Source: a virus
Lineage: Duplodnaviria; Heunggongvirae; Uroviricota; Caudoviricetes
IMG/VR virus record: IMGVR_UViG_3300029554_000003
Location: 77,064 to 141,063 of that record
Length of the DNA stretch: 64,000 nt
Direction: 5' to 3' (one strand)
This document shows positions 11,234 to 21,855 of the stretch, one piece after another. The notes beneath the pieces are model-generated. The model was not told the origin of the DNA. It did no database searches and saw only the letters and a program-made list of their open reading frames with translations. A program made the position numbers and the translations under genes. Position 1 is the first letter of the stretch. Every line of letters begins with the position of its first letter.

Positions 11234-11252
11234 TATCTATCTTACTCCTTTC

Positions 11253-11777
11253 TTATTCAGCAATGACTTGTAGTTTAAGGCCGGGCTGACCATCAGGCAT
11301 AGTGGTTAGCTTGGCGACTTTGACGGCTAGACCTTCGCCCTTAGCGTCCTTCTCAAGAACGCCATTAGTACCGGGAACGAGAACGTCACCGAGGTCATAA
11401 TCGTCAGCCTTGACGTTGTTTGTGGTGAAAATGTCACCAGCATACATGCGGAAAACACGAGGTGTCATAACGCCATCATAGAAGTCAGACTTCTTCATGG
11501 CGTAGTCACGGTGCATCTGCTTGCGCTCGTCATAGAGCTTTTCTTCATTGAAGACCATCATCCAAGGGCCTTCACCAGTGAAGTTAATCTTGCCAGCGGC
11601 ATAATCGTACTTTACGAAAGTACCCTGTTCAAGCATTGTAATAGAATCATCAGCGGGGAGCTGACCATAAACACCACCACTGCGGGGAGCAGAGAGGTGG
11701 TTAGGTTCGACAACAGCAAAATTGTCGTGACCAGTAAGCTGAATCTTAGCATCAGCGCGGTCTACATGTAGAGCCAT
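11253..11777 (-). CDS. hypothetical capsid-associated protein
   Basis: 174 aa ORF between the scaffold and major capsid genes. Confidence 0.4.
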   Translation of the reverse strand: MALHVDRADAKIQLTGHDNFAVVEPNHLSAPRSGGVYGQLPADDSITMLEQGTFVKYDYAAGKINFTGEGPWMMVFNEEKLYDERKQMHRDYAMKKSDFYDGVMTPRVFRMYAGDIFTTNNVKADDYDLGDVLVPGTNGVLEKDAKGEGLAVKVAKLTTMPDGQPGLKLQVIAE

Positions 11778-11790
11778 TTAATCCTCCTAT

Positions 11791-13134
11791 TTAATAGTTT
11801 TGTGCTTCGCGGAGAGCAGATAGCATTGGGTCAGCATCTTCCGCAATAGTTTCATCATCTAGAGAAAATGTTGTGAGAGGGGTAGAATCTATTTCTTCCT
11901 CTTCATCAAAATTAACATTCTTCTGGACATATAGTAAAGCGAGCTTGCTTTCAATCTCGCCAATAGTGAATTTATCTTTATCAGCGATAATTTCCGCTTT
12001 GTCTTCGTCAGAGAGCATATGATACTTGGCAATCATAGCATCCTTATCGGCATTAATGCGCTCTGCCTTAAACTTACGAAGCTCTTCTGCTTCTGCTTCG
12101 AGAGCTGTGAACTTATCAGTAAGCTCTTTTAGCTGTTCAGAAAGTTCAGAAACCTGATTCTCAAGCTCGTGCTTTTTCTCTGGCTTCTTTTCATCTTCCT
12201 TATCATCGGAATCATCAGAATCATCATCTGATTCATCTTCTTTGTCTTCGGAATCAGAGTCTTTTTTATCTTCTTTCTTCTCTTCTTCCTTAGCAAAAGT
12301 TTCTTCGGCGGAGTCTTCGCTAGATTCAACGTTTTTGTTTGTCTCAACGTTTTCGGCAAACTCTTCTACCACAGGAGCTTCTTTCTCAACTGTGGCAGTA
12401 GGCTCTACCTCAACGCTTTCAACGTTTTCTTTTGGCATAGACCCTCCTTTTGTCAACGCACTTTTTAATTCATTCATCATAGCAAATAAAGTATGTGAAA
12501 ACTCTTTGTTATAAGAGAAATGTTCACTTACTTCTGGGCTAGTGACAGATGCGCCCTCAAAACAAGGTTCTACATCATCGCCCAAGATACAAAGTTTAGT
12601 AAAGATTGCATCATTTATAATAAAAAACTCAACATCGTTACTATCAGTTGTCCAATGACCATCAACATTATCAATTTCCATTGACTGTCCTTGGCCTTGG
12701 TTGATACACTTATCCAGTTCAGGATACTGCCCAGTCCACAGATAACCAGTGGTCATCATGTATTCGCGCGTAGTGGTTTCACCAAACTCATTTGTATCAT
12801 CAAATTTCTGAAACCAAACTTCCGCATCTGGAGCAACGAAACCGTATGGAACGGTCTTGCAAGAGAATTTTATTTCCCCATCTTCAATGTGAAGAACTTC
12901 ACCGTGGTCACCAAAGTCTTCTTTGTTCTCATTATAAGCAGCTACGATTGGTGTAGCAGGTAACGAGTTCGCCATCTGGATGGCCGTGTTCTTGTCAATG
13001 AAAGAACCATTACGGTTCTTACCAAGATACATGACCTTAATCTCACATTTAGAAATGCCGGGGTTGATAGCATCTGGTGCTAGATTAATGAATTCTGGGC
13101 TATCAATTGTAGCCACAGACCTGTTTCTTAGCAT
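11791..13134 (-). CDS. scaffolding-like protein (acidic low-complexity centre, coiled-coil C-terminus)
   Basis: 447 aa. Central E/D/K/S-rich run (…EDKEDESDDDSDDSDDKEDEKK…) followed by a heptad-like region (…LENQVSELSEQLKELTDKFTALEAEAEELRKF…). Lies directly after the portal gene. Confidence 0.5.
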   Translation of the reverse strand: MLRNRSVATIDSPEFINLAPDAINPGISKCEIKVMYLGKNRNGSFIDKNTAIQMANSLPATPIVAAYNENKEDFGDHGEVLHIEDGEIKFSCKTVPYGFVAPDAEVWFQKFDDTNEFGETTTREYMMTTGYLWTGQYPELDKCINQGQGQSMEIDNVDGHWTTDSNDVEFFIINDAIFTKLCILGDDVEPCFEGASVTSPEVSEHFSYNKEFSHTLFAMMNELKSALTKGGSMPKENVESVEVEPTATVEKEAPVVEEFAENVETNKNVESSEDSAEETFAKEEEKKEDKKDSDSEDKEDESDDDSDDSDDKEDEKKPEKKHELENQVSELSEQLKELTDKFTALEAEAEELRKFKAERINADKDAMIAKYHMLSDEDKAEIIADKDKFTIGEIESKLALLYVQKNVNFDEEEEIDSTPLTTFSLDDETIAEDADPMLSALREAQNY

Positions 13135-13140
13135 TTAATT

Positions 13141-14742
13141 CTATCCTTCCGCTTCTCTATTAGCGATTGTTTTGTCAGACTTTTGGTCATCAGGCTTCTC
13201 AGGACGACCGCCCTTATTACCCGAAGATGGAGTCTGCTGTTGTTTCGTCTTCGCTGTAGTATCTCCATTGCTGCCATTGCTCATAGTAGAAGATAGAGCA
13301 GGAGCAACGAAAACCTCATTCAAAGACATAACATCATTCTCAAAGTATGCGGTCATAAGTACCGCACTCTGAGATTGACCAAGAGCAACTTGCGGCAAGA
13401 GCTTGGAAAATCCAAGAGATGTCATATCTTTATACTGCTTAGATAGGTCTTTATAATTATAAACGGTAGTAGGCAGAATATCGACATGATAATAAAGTCG
13501 CTTACTGTTCTTGTTAAATGGTGCCAACAGACGTTCCGCAAATGTCTGAAATTGTAAAATAAGGTCAGACATAGTAGCTTCATCATTTGCAATAGATTTC
13601 TCCAGTGCAAGATTACCATCTGCATTAAAAAGGTTTTGTCCAGTACCAGCTTCGTTGTACACAGAACGTTCAACTTTGTTGAGCTGGTCTACAGAAGAAA
13701 CATTACCTTTGTCCGCAAGGTCTGCTACATCAACATCCGCGAACGTTGTCAACACGTCAACTCCAACAGCGTCACCAAGCATGGCAACCGCGTTAGTATG
13801 GAGCTGTTGCGCTTCTTGGACATCGAAGATTAAATCACCGTTCTTATCAATAGGCATCTTTTGGATAATAATCTTCAAAATCTGTTGAAGCATCTTTTTC
13901 TTATCTAAATCCTGCGCGTCTTCCAAATCCAACAGCTTAGGAATAATACTCATGAACAGTGGCGCGTCACCGCCCGTGATATTAAACTTCACTGTTGTCG
14001 ATGGGTCAAGCAAAAACCAGCCGTTAGTATCACCAGCATAATCAATGGGTAACTTACCATCCTTATAAGCAAGGTACGCTTTCTGGACTTCCTTCGGCCA
14101 CAGTTTTAGAACTCTTAAACGATACGCAGTATCGGAAAAAGCATCATCGAAATATTTCATATTAAATTCAACCGCAGGATTGCCGTTAAGTTGATAACGG
14201 CTGCGGCAATAGGAAATAGGCAATTCTTGAATAAAACAAGCATCCTTTTGCTGTACAATAACGCCATAATATGCACCTGTACGTACAACTTTTAGCGCAA
14301 TCTCGCCAAACACTTTTTTGAGGTTGCAATTTTCAAGATAGCGTGTTGATTTATACCAACCTTCAACTACCTTTTTAGATTTACCATCTTGTTTTAATTT
14401 TTCATCATATATCATTGGCGTGATAAACCAATCATATTTGAATAGGAAAGCCATATAACGACACAGGCGGCTATAGATACCGCTTGTCTTGAAGAAATAA
14501 TTAGAAATCTTACGCTGTTCATTCATATTATTCTGCTCAATAGCCTTTAGCACATCTTCTTTGGTGTACTTCTTGCGGCGAGAATATTTGTCTGTAATAA
14601 CCTGACCAATATCAAGAACAACATCATTAGAGAGAGTTTTGTTCCCTACCTTAATCTTATTAAATGCCAAAGGTCCTGATTGCCTATTGGCATTTGAAAT
14701 GATGCGGCAATCGCGTTCATTCTTATCTTTAACGGTAGCCAA
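13141..14742 (-). CDS. portal protein
   Basis: 533 aa, immediately downstream of the large terminase. Size and position are typical of a portal. Confidence 0.55.
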   Translation of the reverse strand: MATVKDKNERDCRIISNANRQSGPLAFNKIKVGNKTLSNDVVLDIGQVITDKYSRRKKYTKEDVLKAIEQNNMNEQRKISNYFFKTSGIYSRLCRYMAFLFKYDWFITPMIYDEKLKQDGKSKKVVEGWYKSTRYLENCNLKKVFGEIALKVVRTGAYYGVIVQQKDACFIQELPISYCRSRYQLNGNPAVEFNMKYFDDAFSDTAYRLRVLKLWPKEVQKAYLAYKDGKLPIDYAGDTNGWFLLDPSTTVKFNITGGDAPLFMSIIPKLLDLEDAQDLDKKKMLQQILKIIIQKMPIDKNGDLIFDVQEAQQLHTNAVAMLGDAVGVDVLTTFADVDVADLADKGNVSSVDQLNKVERSVYNEAGTGQNLFNADGNLALEKSIANDEATMSDLILQFQTFAERLLAPFNKNSKRLYYHVDILPTTVYNYKDLSKQYKDMTSLGFSKLLPQVALGQSQSAVLMTAYFENDVMSLNEVFVAPALSSTMSNGSNGDTTAKTKQQQTPSSGNKGGRPEKPDDQKSDKTIANREAEG

Positions 14743-14752
14743 AGCTCACCTC

Positions 14753-15109
14753 CTAATATCCTGCTGCTTTCATGATATAATCATAACTTAGTCTTCCTTC
14801 ATCATAATAAGGAATAGTAACTAATTTCAGATTATGTTCCAAGCAAAATTTTCTTTTTAATGTATCGTTATACTTTTGATATTTGAGGGCGCGACCACCA
14901 CCATATTTTCCAACAGGTACATAATGCTGTGCTCCTTGATATTCTATAAGGAAGTCAATATTGCCGCAATCGTCAAATACGCAAAAATCAAAACGAAGAT
15001 TTCTGCCAGACTTGCCAATAAGTCCCTCAAATTCATACTCTTCCTCAAAAGGTAAACCTGCGTCTGTTAGTATTTCATATATTTTTATTTCACCAATAGA
15101 ATCACGCAT
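14753..15109 (-). CDS. hypothetical protein
   Basis: 118 aa ORF between the large terminase and the portal. Confidence 0.35.
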   Translation of the reverse strand: MRDSIGEIKIYEILTDAGLPFEEEYEFEGLIGKSGRNLRFDFCVFDDCGNIDFLIEYQGAQHYVPVGKYGGGRALKYQKYNDTLKRKFCLEHNLKLVTIPYYDEGRLSYDYIMKAAGY

Positions 15110-15236
15110 TGTTCGTCCTTTCGGAATTTCTTACTATACCATATAAAATTACACTCTATAAAATAATACAGTTTTGCCCAACTTTTATAAAAATTTTTAT
15201 ATAAAAATAGGGCACGACCGCATTGGTCGCACCCTA

Positions 15237-17018
15237 CTAATGCTTCGTAAAGAACATAAATCCACTTAAATCTCTTGAATTGCGGCGGTTTCGCCTATCC
15301 TCTTGGCGTTTACACCAATAGAGTCCATAGATTAGAGCAGACACTTTATCCTTTAGAATCTTTCTATTAGATTGTTTCAGGATGATATTTGCACCTTCAT
15401 TATCTTGTACCAAATTTGCCATTTGTGATTTCAAAATATCCGTGGCAACATATGGCCGCAAATAATCCTGACGCTGTAATGGTGACATCTTCTTTCCTTG
15501 CGCTTGCTGCAAGAGCTTATTTTTAGCTGTATTTGAGTCAATTAAAAATTTTAATTTACCGTTGCGCAATTGCGTCTGAGTGTAAGAATACAGTTCTGTA
15601 TTCATTGGAGCATTTGCTTTCATCATCCAAATCGCATTTTTGATTGTGTTTTCATTCTCGAACGATTTATAATTCTTACGGTCTTGCTCGTTAGGAATAT
15701 CGTCTAAATTGATAATGCCCATGTTAGGAAGAAGCTCGTCTGTTTCTGGGTCGTTCTGGTCTGTAATTAGGTAATCAAGCAGTCCAACGCCTAAACCATT
15801 CGCATCCAAAACTATGGCTTCGCATTTGAACGCATTAAACAATTGCTTAATTCTAATGGCTTGATATTCAAAGTGAGATTCAGATAAAGTGAAAATGTTC
15901 ACTATCTTTTTATCATTAACGCCTGTTGTTCTTGCAGGAGAAGATTCAATGATTACAATTTCTGTCGGGCAGTTAAGGCGACCTACGTCTACGCCCATAA
16001 CGTAGAATGTGTCTCTATTTTGTCCCTTGTCGTATCCATTCTTGGCGAGATTAATAATCCTGTGTTTGTCAAACTTATTCATATCGAAGAACGCACCGTC
16101 TAAAGTTCCTGACCAGACGGACCCGTATTCACGTTCAAATCCAATCTCGTCCATCGAGTTGCCTGTCTCTTGGGCTTGAATGTAGTTCGCTGGCTGTAAT
16201 CCTTCGACTACTGGTACTCTCCAATCGCCTCCTAGAATGAAAGAATCGTATCCATTACTTGACACCATACGACACAGCGCATCGATTAGCTTGTCGTAAG
16301 CATAAGTACCTTTGAATCCTGCGCTTGTAACGTAAATATCGTTTTGATTCAACGTTTCATCTGGGTCTACTTTTCCATTGACTTTTCTAGAAATAACAAG
16401 CATCGGCGCAATGATTTCTTCGTACTTTTGCTGGTCTGTAATGGTTGCTACCTCTTCTGTAAGTACAGCTTGAGCACGAAAACCACGAGAACCAGAAGTC
16501 ATGCTTACGTTCTTAATTGTACTTCCGTTGCGGAAACTGTATGTTACTTCATCTTTCGATTGACTTGTCTTTGCCAAAGTTCCTCGTGTATCCCAAACAA
16601 TTTCTCTTGCTAGTCCGGGAATTAACTTACATATCTCCTGCATCTTTGATTGAAGAATCATTGCTGACTGACCTTTAGCATCTGCTACTGTAATTAGTGT
16701 AGAGCCTGGATAAAGAATTGCCTTGACCATTAAAGACAAAACAGCCATAAAAGATTTGGAAAATCCTCGACTAAATACTTCATAGACAGTCCTGTACCGC
16801 ATATTGATACGGAGAATCATGCGCTGAGTTGGATAGAATTGAAACTTATTGTTAGGATTAAGCGAAGCCATATAATCTACAAATTTATCTGGATACATAC
16901 GCCAATAGGCAATAATACGTTGATATTTATCTAGATTATCCTCAATCTTTTTTGGGTCAATCTCGGCAACGCTTTTTTTATTATGCGCCGCAATCTTCAA
17001 TAAATTACTCAGCGCCAT
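15237..17018 (-). CDS. terL: terminase large subunit
   Basis: The track ORF is 15237..17093; the likely start is the internal ATG at 17018 (MALSNLL…), which removes the overlap with the upstream gene. Roughly 590 aa with a Walker-A-like RGFSKS segment and a C-terminal nuclease-like acidic region. Lies upstream of the portal. Confidence 0.6.
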   Translation of the reverse strand: MALSNLLKIAAHNKKSVAEIDPKKIEDNLDKYQRIIAYWRMYPDKFVDYMASLNPNNKFQFYPTQRMILRINMRYRTVYEVFSRGFSKSFMAVLSLMVKAILYPGSTLITVADAKGQSAMILQSKMQEICKLIPGLAREIVWDTRGTLAKTSQSKDEVTYSFRNGSTIKNVSMTSGSRGFRAQAVLTEEVATITDQQKYEEIIAPMLVISRKVNGKVDPDETLNQNDIYVTSAGFKGTYAYDKLIDALCRMVSSNGYDSFILGGDWRVPVVEGLQPANYIQAQETGNSMDEIGFEREYGSVWSGTLDGAFFDMNKFDKHRIINLAKNGYDKGQNRDTFYVMGVDVGRLNCPTEIVIIESSPARTTGVNDKKIVNIFTLSESHFEYQAIRIKQLFNAFKCEAIVLDANGLGVGLLDYLITDQNDPETDELLPNMGIINLDDIPNEQDRKNYKSFENENTIKNAIWMMKANAPMNTELYSYTQTQLRNGKLKFLIDSNTAKNKLLQQAQGKKMSPLQRQDYLRPYVATDILKSQMANLVQDNEGANIILKQSNRKILKDKVSALIYGLYWCKRQEDRRNRRNSRDLSGFMFFTKH

Positions 17019-18519
17019 ACTGCTCTGCCAATCTCTTAGCTTCTTCTTCGCGTTCTTCAATTTGGAATTGCTGGAAGTCCGCAGCTTCTTCATCAGTTAC
17101 CGCATTATCTTCATCGGTTTTGATGCCCTCTGCGATAATTTCATCTACGCTCTTGGTTTTATTCTCTTCAAGTTTCTTAATATAAGACTCAATAAGATTA
17201 CCTAGGCCAAGCTCGTTCTTTACGAGATTGTCAGTATAGTTCTTCATATCGTTGATGATAAAATCAATCTTGTCTTGCGGCACATTGATTGGGTCATCTT
17301 TTCTTGGGATAATTCCACCTTTAGATTCTACAAATGCAACCAGCTCACCAATCGAGTCAATGTCTCTCTTCTTCTCTTCCTGCTTTTGGCTATCAGTGAA
17401 TTTACCTGACTTACGCAACATGTCATTGGCACCCTGTAGGTCTTTAAATGTCTTAATATCACCTACATCTAGGGCTTGATTCATCTTTAAATCGGTCTTA
17501 CAGATATTTTTCAATACTTGTTCACGGTCTGTAGATAACTCATAATCCGCCGCATACTTCTGGTATAATTCTTCCATCTTAACCCATTCAGATGGTTTAT
17601 ATAAAAGACCCCATTTAAGAGAAAGATATTTAATATCGTCTTCTGTAAGACTTTCTGTAATTTGCGCTTCATCAATTCGCGCAACATCTGGAATAAAGTC
17701 ATTTTGCATTTCACCAGTAATATCTAGTGGCGCATTACTAATATTCTCTACTGGGTTTACGCCAAGAGAAGAAGCAACGTCAGGCATAAGGTCAAGCACT
17801 TGTGGCTCAGGCTCTTCCACCTCTTTTGGTTGCTCTTTTTTCTTTTCCTTTTCGGCTTTCTTGGCTAAGAATTCCTGCTCAACATCTTTGGCCGCGCTGA
17901 TAACGTCTGCATTTTTCTTGATTTCCTCTGAATCAACTGTATTTTCGGGAACTTCAAGTTCTTTTTTATCAAGCACGCTATCAGGATTGCTCGCAACCTC
18001 TTCCTCACCTTGCCGCATTTTTTCATTAATGCGGTCTAAGACACTTTTGCGGCTCATTGTATTATATTCAGCTTGTGAAATCTCACCAGCTTTAAGGCTC
18101 TCTAGGAGTCTATTTTCAAATTCTTCATCGTAGGATGTTCCTTTAATATTCTGTTGCTCTCTCCTAGCCTGCTGGAATTTTTCATTATTTATTTTCTCAG
18201 AGTCAGCATATTTCAAATTATTATACTGTTCCATATTCATAGTACGAAGATAGGTGCCGATAACTGACATTGGGCCAAAAGTAGCAGGATTCTTTATATA
18301 GCTTTTATTTGCCAGCTCAACCCATTTTTTCTCAACATATGGCACATCCATCTTCTTTAAAATCCATTTGAATGTATCTGGTCGGCGATTATCAATATAC
18401 ATTGTTAAGCAAGTCTTGCAAAGGTCACATCTTTCATCTGTATTAGGTATTTTATAAAAATCAGTTTCTTTCTTAGTCTTGCCGCATTTTGCGCATGTTT
18501 TCATAGATACGTTTGCCAT
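17005..18519 (-). CDS. zinc-ribbon protein, candidate terminase small subunit / packaging protein
   Basis: Likely start at 18519 (MANVSMKTCAKCGKTKK…, AGGAGA RBS). N-terminal CxxC…CxxC ribbon, then a long acidic, coiled-coil-like region. Directly upstream of terL. Confidence 0.4.
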   Translation of the reverse strand: MANVSMKTCAKCGKTKKETDFYKIPNTDERCDLCKTCLTMYIDNRRPDTFKWILKKMDVPYVEKKWVELANKSYIKNPATFGPMSVIGTYLRTMNMEQYNNLKYADSEKINNEKFQQARREQQNIKGTSYDEEFENRLLESLKAGEISQAEYNTMSRKSVLDRINEKMRQGEEEVASNPDSVLDKKELEVPENTVDSEEIKKNADVISAAKDVEQEFLAKKAEKEKKKEQPKEVEEPEPQVLDLMPDVASSLGVNPVENISNAPLDITGEMQNDFIPDVARIDEAQITESLTEDDIKYLSLKWGLLYKPSEWVKMEELYQKYAADYELSTDREQVLKNICKTDLKMNQALDVGDIKTFKDLQGANDMLRKSGKFTDSQKQEEKKRDIDSIGELVAFVESKGGIIPRKDDPINVPQDKIDFIINDMKNYTDNLVKNELGLGNLIESYIKKLEENKTKSVDEIIAEGIKTDEDNAVTDEEAADFQQFQIEEREEEAKRLAEQYGAE

Positions 18520-18583
18520 AAATCTCCTTTCTATACAATAAACCCACTCCAACCAATAGAAGGTAGAAGTGGGTAGATAAGTA

Positions 18584-19672
18584 TTATTTCTTTTTAGACT
18601 TGCGGCATTCACGGCATGTAGAATAGAAGCCGTCTTTTGCGGAATTATTCTTTGAGAAGAATAAAGGATGCGCCAATTTGGTCTTTCCGCATTTGCCGCA
18701 CTTTTTCCACTGCCCATATTCCACATTTGTGTAATACCACATAACATAATTCTTTTGAGCCTGTTCCGCAATCATCTTTGGAATCTTTTTACGCCATAGC
18801 GTTGAGAAATATTGCGCGGTATGCGAAACGCCATATTCCTTCTCCATCATGCCGCATATCTCGTCATTTGATTTGCCATCAATCTTCCATACCAAAAGGT
18901 CATATAACATAGCGGTTGTCTGGTCTTTAGATTTGAATGTTTGTTCAATTAAATTCTCAAAGTCTAGAAGCTCCCAATGCATATCGCAATTGAGGTCAGT
19001 ATAGCATTCCTGTTTAATTGATGAATAGTATGTAAGTAGGAATGAAATATGAACTGGATTGAACAATGAGATAACTCCATTAGATACTGGGTATCCACGT
19101 GAATCGAAATAAATTTTCTCAGACAAGTCCATATGTGCCATGTTCTTTAGCTGTGCTGAAACCTTTGACTTGGCAGGCCAGCCCTTGACAGACTGTTTTA
19201 ACAGGTACATCTGCTGATATGTCTCGATAATCTGCTTTTTCAGATAATAACGTTGCTTTCCAGTAGCAGAAAGAAATTGTCGTTTGAGTGATGTGATAAT
19301 TGAATCGAATTCCCGCATACCAGGAATATTCTCTAGGTCTTCTTCTGAGATACTATCTTTATTATCTAGAATTTGATTCTTATCATTGTTGACGAGTGCA
19401 TAGATGCCATCCTCGCCATTTTCCATATTCTCAACCATTTCCTCAAAAGAAATCTGTCGTTTGTTTACTGTTGCTTCTCTATTCTTTGTGATAATACTGC
19501 GCTCTTTTTTCTTTTCTTTTTTAGTTTGATTTCTGTCTGCGGCAAAAAGCAGATAATCTGTCATCACACGCAGATAATTTGCATCTAATTTCTCTTGAGA
19601 AGTGGCTGCAATGGTTTCCCGCACACATTCAAGTCGTTCTTCCTGTGTCTTCAATGTGTAATCAAGTGCCAT
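18584..19672 (-). CDS. hypothetical protein with C-terminal zinc ribbon
   Basis: 362 aa. C-terminal CGKCGKTK…CRECR motif resembles the N-terminal ribbon of the next gene. Preceded by an extended -10 (TGGTATAAT) and an AGGAGA RBS. Confidence 0.4.
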   Translation of the reverse strand: MALDYTLKTQEERLECVRETIAATSQEKLDANYLRVMTDYLLFAADRNQTKKEKKKERSIITKNREATVNKRQISFEEMVENMENGEDGIYALVNNDKNQILDNKDSISEEDLENIPGMREFDSIITSLKRQFLSATGKQRYYLKKQIIETYQQMYLLKQSVKGWPAKSKVSAQLKNMAHMDLSEKIYFDSRGYPVSNGVISLFNPVHISFLLTYYSSIKQECYTDLNCDMHWELLDFENLIEQTFKSKDQTTAMLYDLLVWKIDGKSNDEICGMMEKEYGVSHTAQYFSTLWRKKIPKMIAEQAQKNYVMWYYTNVEYGQWKKCGKCGKTKLAHPLFFSKNNSAKDGFYSTCRECRKSKKK

Positions 19673-20700
19673 ATCTTTACTTCTCCTTCTCTATTGGTTT
19701 TATTGCACCTATATTATACCATAAAAGAGCATGAAGAGCAAGTCTGTCAAGGAAAAATTTTAAATATTTTAAAAATTTTTCTATGTATATTATATTTAAG
19801 GATGCGACAAATTAAATTACCGTTTTTTGCCCATAAAATGGCTACACTCGCAAGCTCGTTCGCCTAAAATGATTACATTTATTTTGTGCGGTTATAGGTC
19901 GGCGCTCCGCTATGTGTCGCGGGCGCCAACATTATACTATTTGTTTTTTCTCTTGGAAAACTTGAGCGTAGCGAAAGTTTATAGCGATGAACGTTACATA
20001 GTAACGGACATCGCATATCGCCTATAACTAAAATCTATAGAGATGTACCTATAAAGACGTATAGAAAATTCTGCACTATTACCCCTGCTCACTCTCCCCT
20101 TGCATGGAACCTATTGGATGTGCTACTTTTCTAAGAGTATCCTATCCCCTCTGTATGCGGCACGGCAGAGATACCGTTCGTCTCATGTAAACTAATAAAC
20201 CAACGCAAGACCGCTTGGCTACAGAGATATTCTGCTGCAAGTGAGAGTACATCCATACTTCTCACGGCAGAATAAATCTGCAACGTTTAAGACCCAGTTA
20301 TTCACCTCATTGGGGTTTTTTGATTTAGGATAGCTCCTAAGCCGACTGGGAACGGCGCTATAGTTAGTTTTGTATATATTATAGCAAAAGATTCAGTGCT
20401 TTTCAATAATTTCGTGAAAATTTTTTAATGCCGTAATCGGAAATGTCAAGAAGGCCAATAGAGAGAATGAAGAGGAAAGTGATAGGCTTATTGCTGTCTG
20501 CGAAAATCCTCATAATACGGAGCTTAGCGCAGAATCGTATTATGGAAATTGAAAATTTCATCAAGGTTGATAATTTGGTATTTCAAAAAATAACTTAGGT
20601 CGGTAATTTGTGCCGTGTTATGGTATTTTATTTTTTCACTTAGGTCGGTAATTTGTCGTGGGCGGGTAGCACCTGAGCGCTCGACCGCGCCGAACCCGGA

Positions 20701-20724
20701 ACGCCCCCCCCCTATAGGGGGGGC
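20701..20724. repeat. perfect G/C hairpin CCCCCCCC-TATA-GGGGGGG
   Basis: Seen directly in sequence, in an otherwise AT-rich intergenic region, at the edge of the GC-rich island. Confidence 0.8.
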
Positions 20725-20731
20725 TAACATG

Positions 20732-21100
20732 TTAGCGTGTCAACAGTTTAGCCGCCGCGAGTTTGTCGAGCGCCGCGCCCACGTGAGCGGAATAATCAAA
20801 ATCCCATCCACCAATGAGCGAATCCGCGAACGTCTCCATGGCGTCACGGTCGTAGCCCTCCAACTGATTGACCAAACGGGCAGCGATGGCCGCAACCGTG
20901 CTATCAGACACAGGCCTACGGCCCTCAAACGCTACTGACAGTGCGCGGACGGTCGAGCCGTCACGGCTAGCCGTGAGCGTCAAAACCTCACCATGAGCAG
21001 CAGCACAGACGGCTAGAACATGATCCGCATTGGTTGACGTGCGAGCGATGCACACGGGACGGTTAGAACGGGCGAGCAGGCGGACGGTGGACTTTTTCAT
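20732..21100 (-). CDS. high-GC hypothetical protein (compositionally foreign)
   Basis: The track ORF is 20732..21181; the likely start is M28 (MKKSTVRLL…) at ~21100. About 60% GC in a 35% GC genome. Ala/Arg-rich. Confidence 0.35.
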   Translation of the reverse strand: MKKSTVRLLARSNRPVCIARTSTNADHVLAVCAAAHGEVLTLTASRDGSTVRALSVAFEGRRPVSDSTVAAIAARLVNQLEGYDRDAMETFADSLIGGWDFDYSAHVGAALDKLAAAKLLTR

Positions 21101-21282
21101 TTTAGGCTCCAAACTTGAAAGCGGACGCGAACTGTTTTGTTCGTTAAAAACATTATACCAAAAGAGTAAACGATTAGGCACAACAATTTAAAAAAGTTTC
21201 TAGCAGCTTTAACATTTACGTGCTTGGGGTAAGCGTATTCAAGTGTCGTGCTTGCGTGTGTGAACCACTTTATTAGTTTGTC

Positions 21283-21330
21283 GGCAACTCTTGCTTGCCA
21301 CGTAAAAGAAACTATGTTATACTTAGAGCT
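21283..21330 (+). promoter_or_regulatory. plus-module promoter (TTGCCA-N17-TATACT)
   Basis: Consensus-like -35 and -10 with TGT upstream of the -10, about 40 nt before the 21366 start. Confidence 0.45.
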
Positions 21331-21365
21331 AAGGGAACCAACCGACTAATAGAGGGGTTAGAACT

Positions 21366-21665
21366 ATGAGTTTCGTGCATACTATTTACCTTGAGAACGG
21401 CTATCGCTTTAGTATTCCAGACAATGACCTTACCACCATTGCCGATAAGGTTATTCGTTATGTTAGCAAACAGCTAGGGCATTACAACTATACAGCGGGT
21501 CAGCTTTACGGTGTTGCTAATTGCGAGCTAGAGTTTTACCTTGTCAACCGTTTGGCAAATGAAGTATTCGTAGGTAAAGAAGTAGACTGCACGTGCGTCA
21601 ATGCCGAGGATGACAAGTTTCTCACACTTGAAATACTTGACAAGATAAACGTTATAATCCAGTAG
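21366..21665 (+). CDS. hypothetical protein
   Basis: 99 aa. Paralogue of the 21856 gene (shared Y-x-NY…DND-I pattern). Confidence 0.45.
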   Translation: MSFVHTIYLENGYRFSIPDNDLTTIADKVIRYVSKQLGHYNYTAGQLYGVANCELEFYLVNRLANEVFVGKEVDCTCVNAEDDKFLTLEILDKINVIIQ

Positions 21666-21855
21666 GGTAAAGAATAAGGCGTTGCACTTGTAAAGGTGTA
21701 GCGCCTTATTGCTATGCACGATTAAATGTTGTTACATAATCCAAGAGATACAAACATTAACGTCAACACAAATAGTCAAAACTTTTTAGTTGCACTCATG
21801 CGGTCAAAGTGCTATACTTTTCAGTAAGGAAAGCAACCAAGAGAAGGGTTCAAAG

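Noticed and set aside
17005-17093. Translated 88-nt overlap between terL (track start 17093) and the upstream 588-aa ORF; likewise 18584-18771
   Set aside because: Both are artefacts of ORF extension to the farthest start codon. Internal ATGs with AGGAGA RBSs (17018, 18519) remove the overlaps.
2038-19588. Plus-strand ORFs inside the minus-strand structural genes (e.g. 2038..2301, 2897..3190, 8605..8991, 9784..10122, 12242..12514, 16344..16613, 17861..18133)
   Set aside because: Shadow ORFs antisense to long, well-supported genes. They have no RBS or promoter and low-complexity translations.
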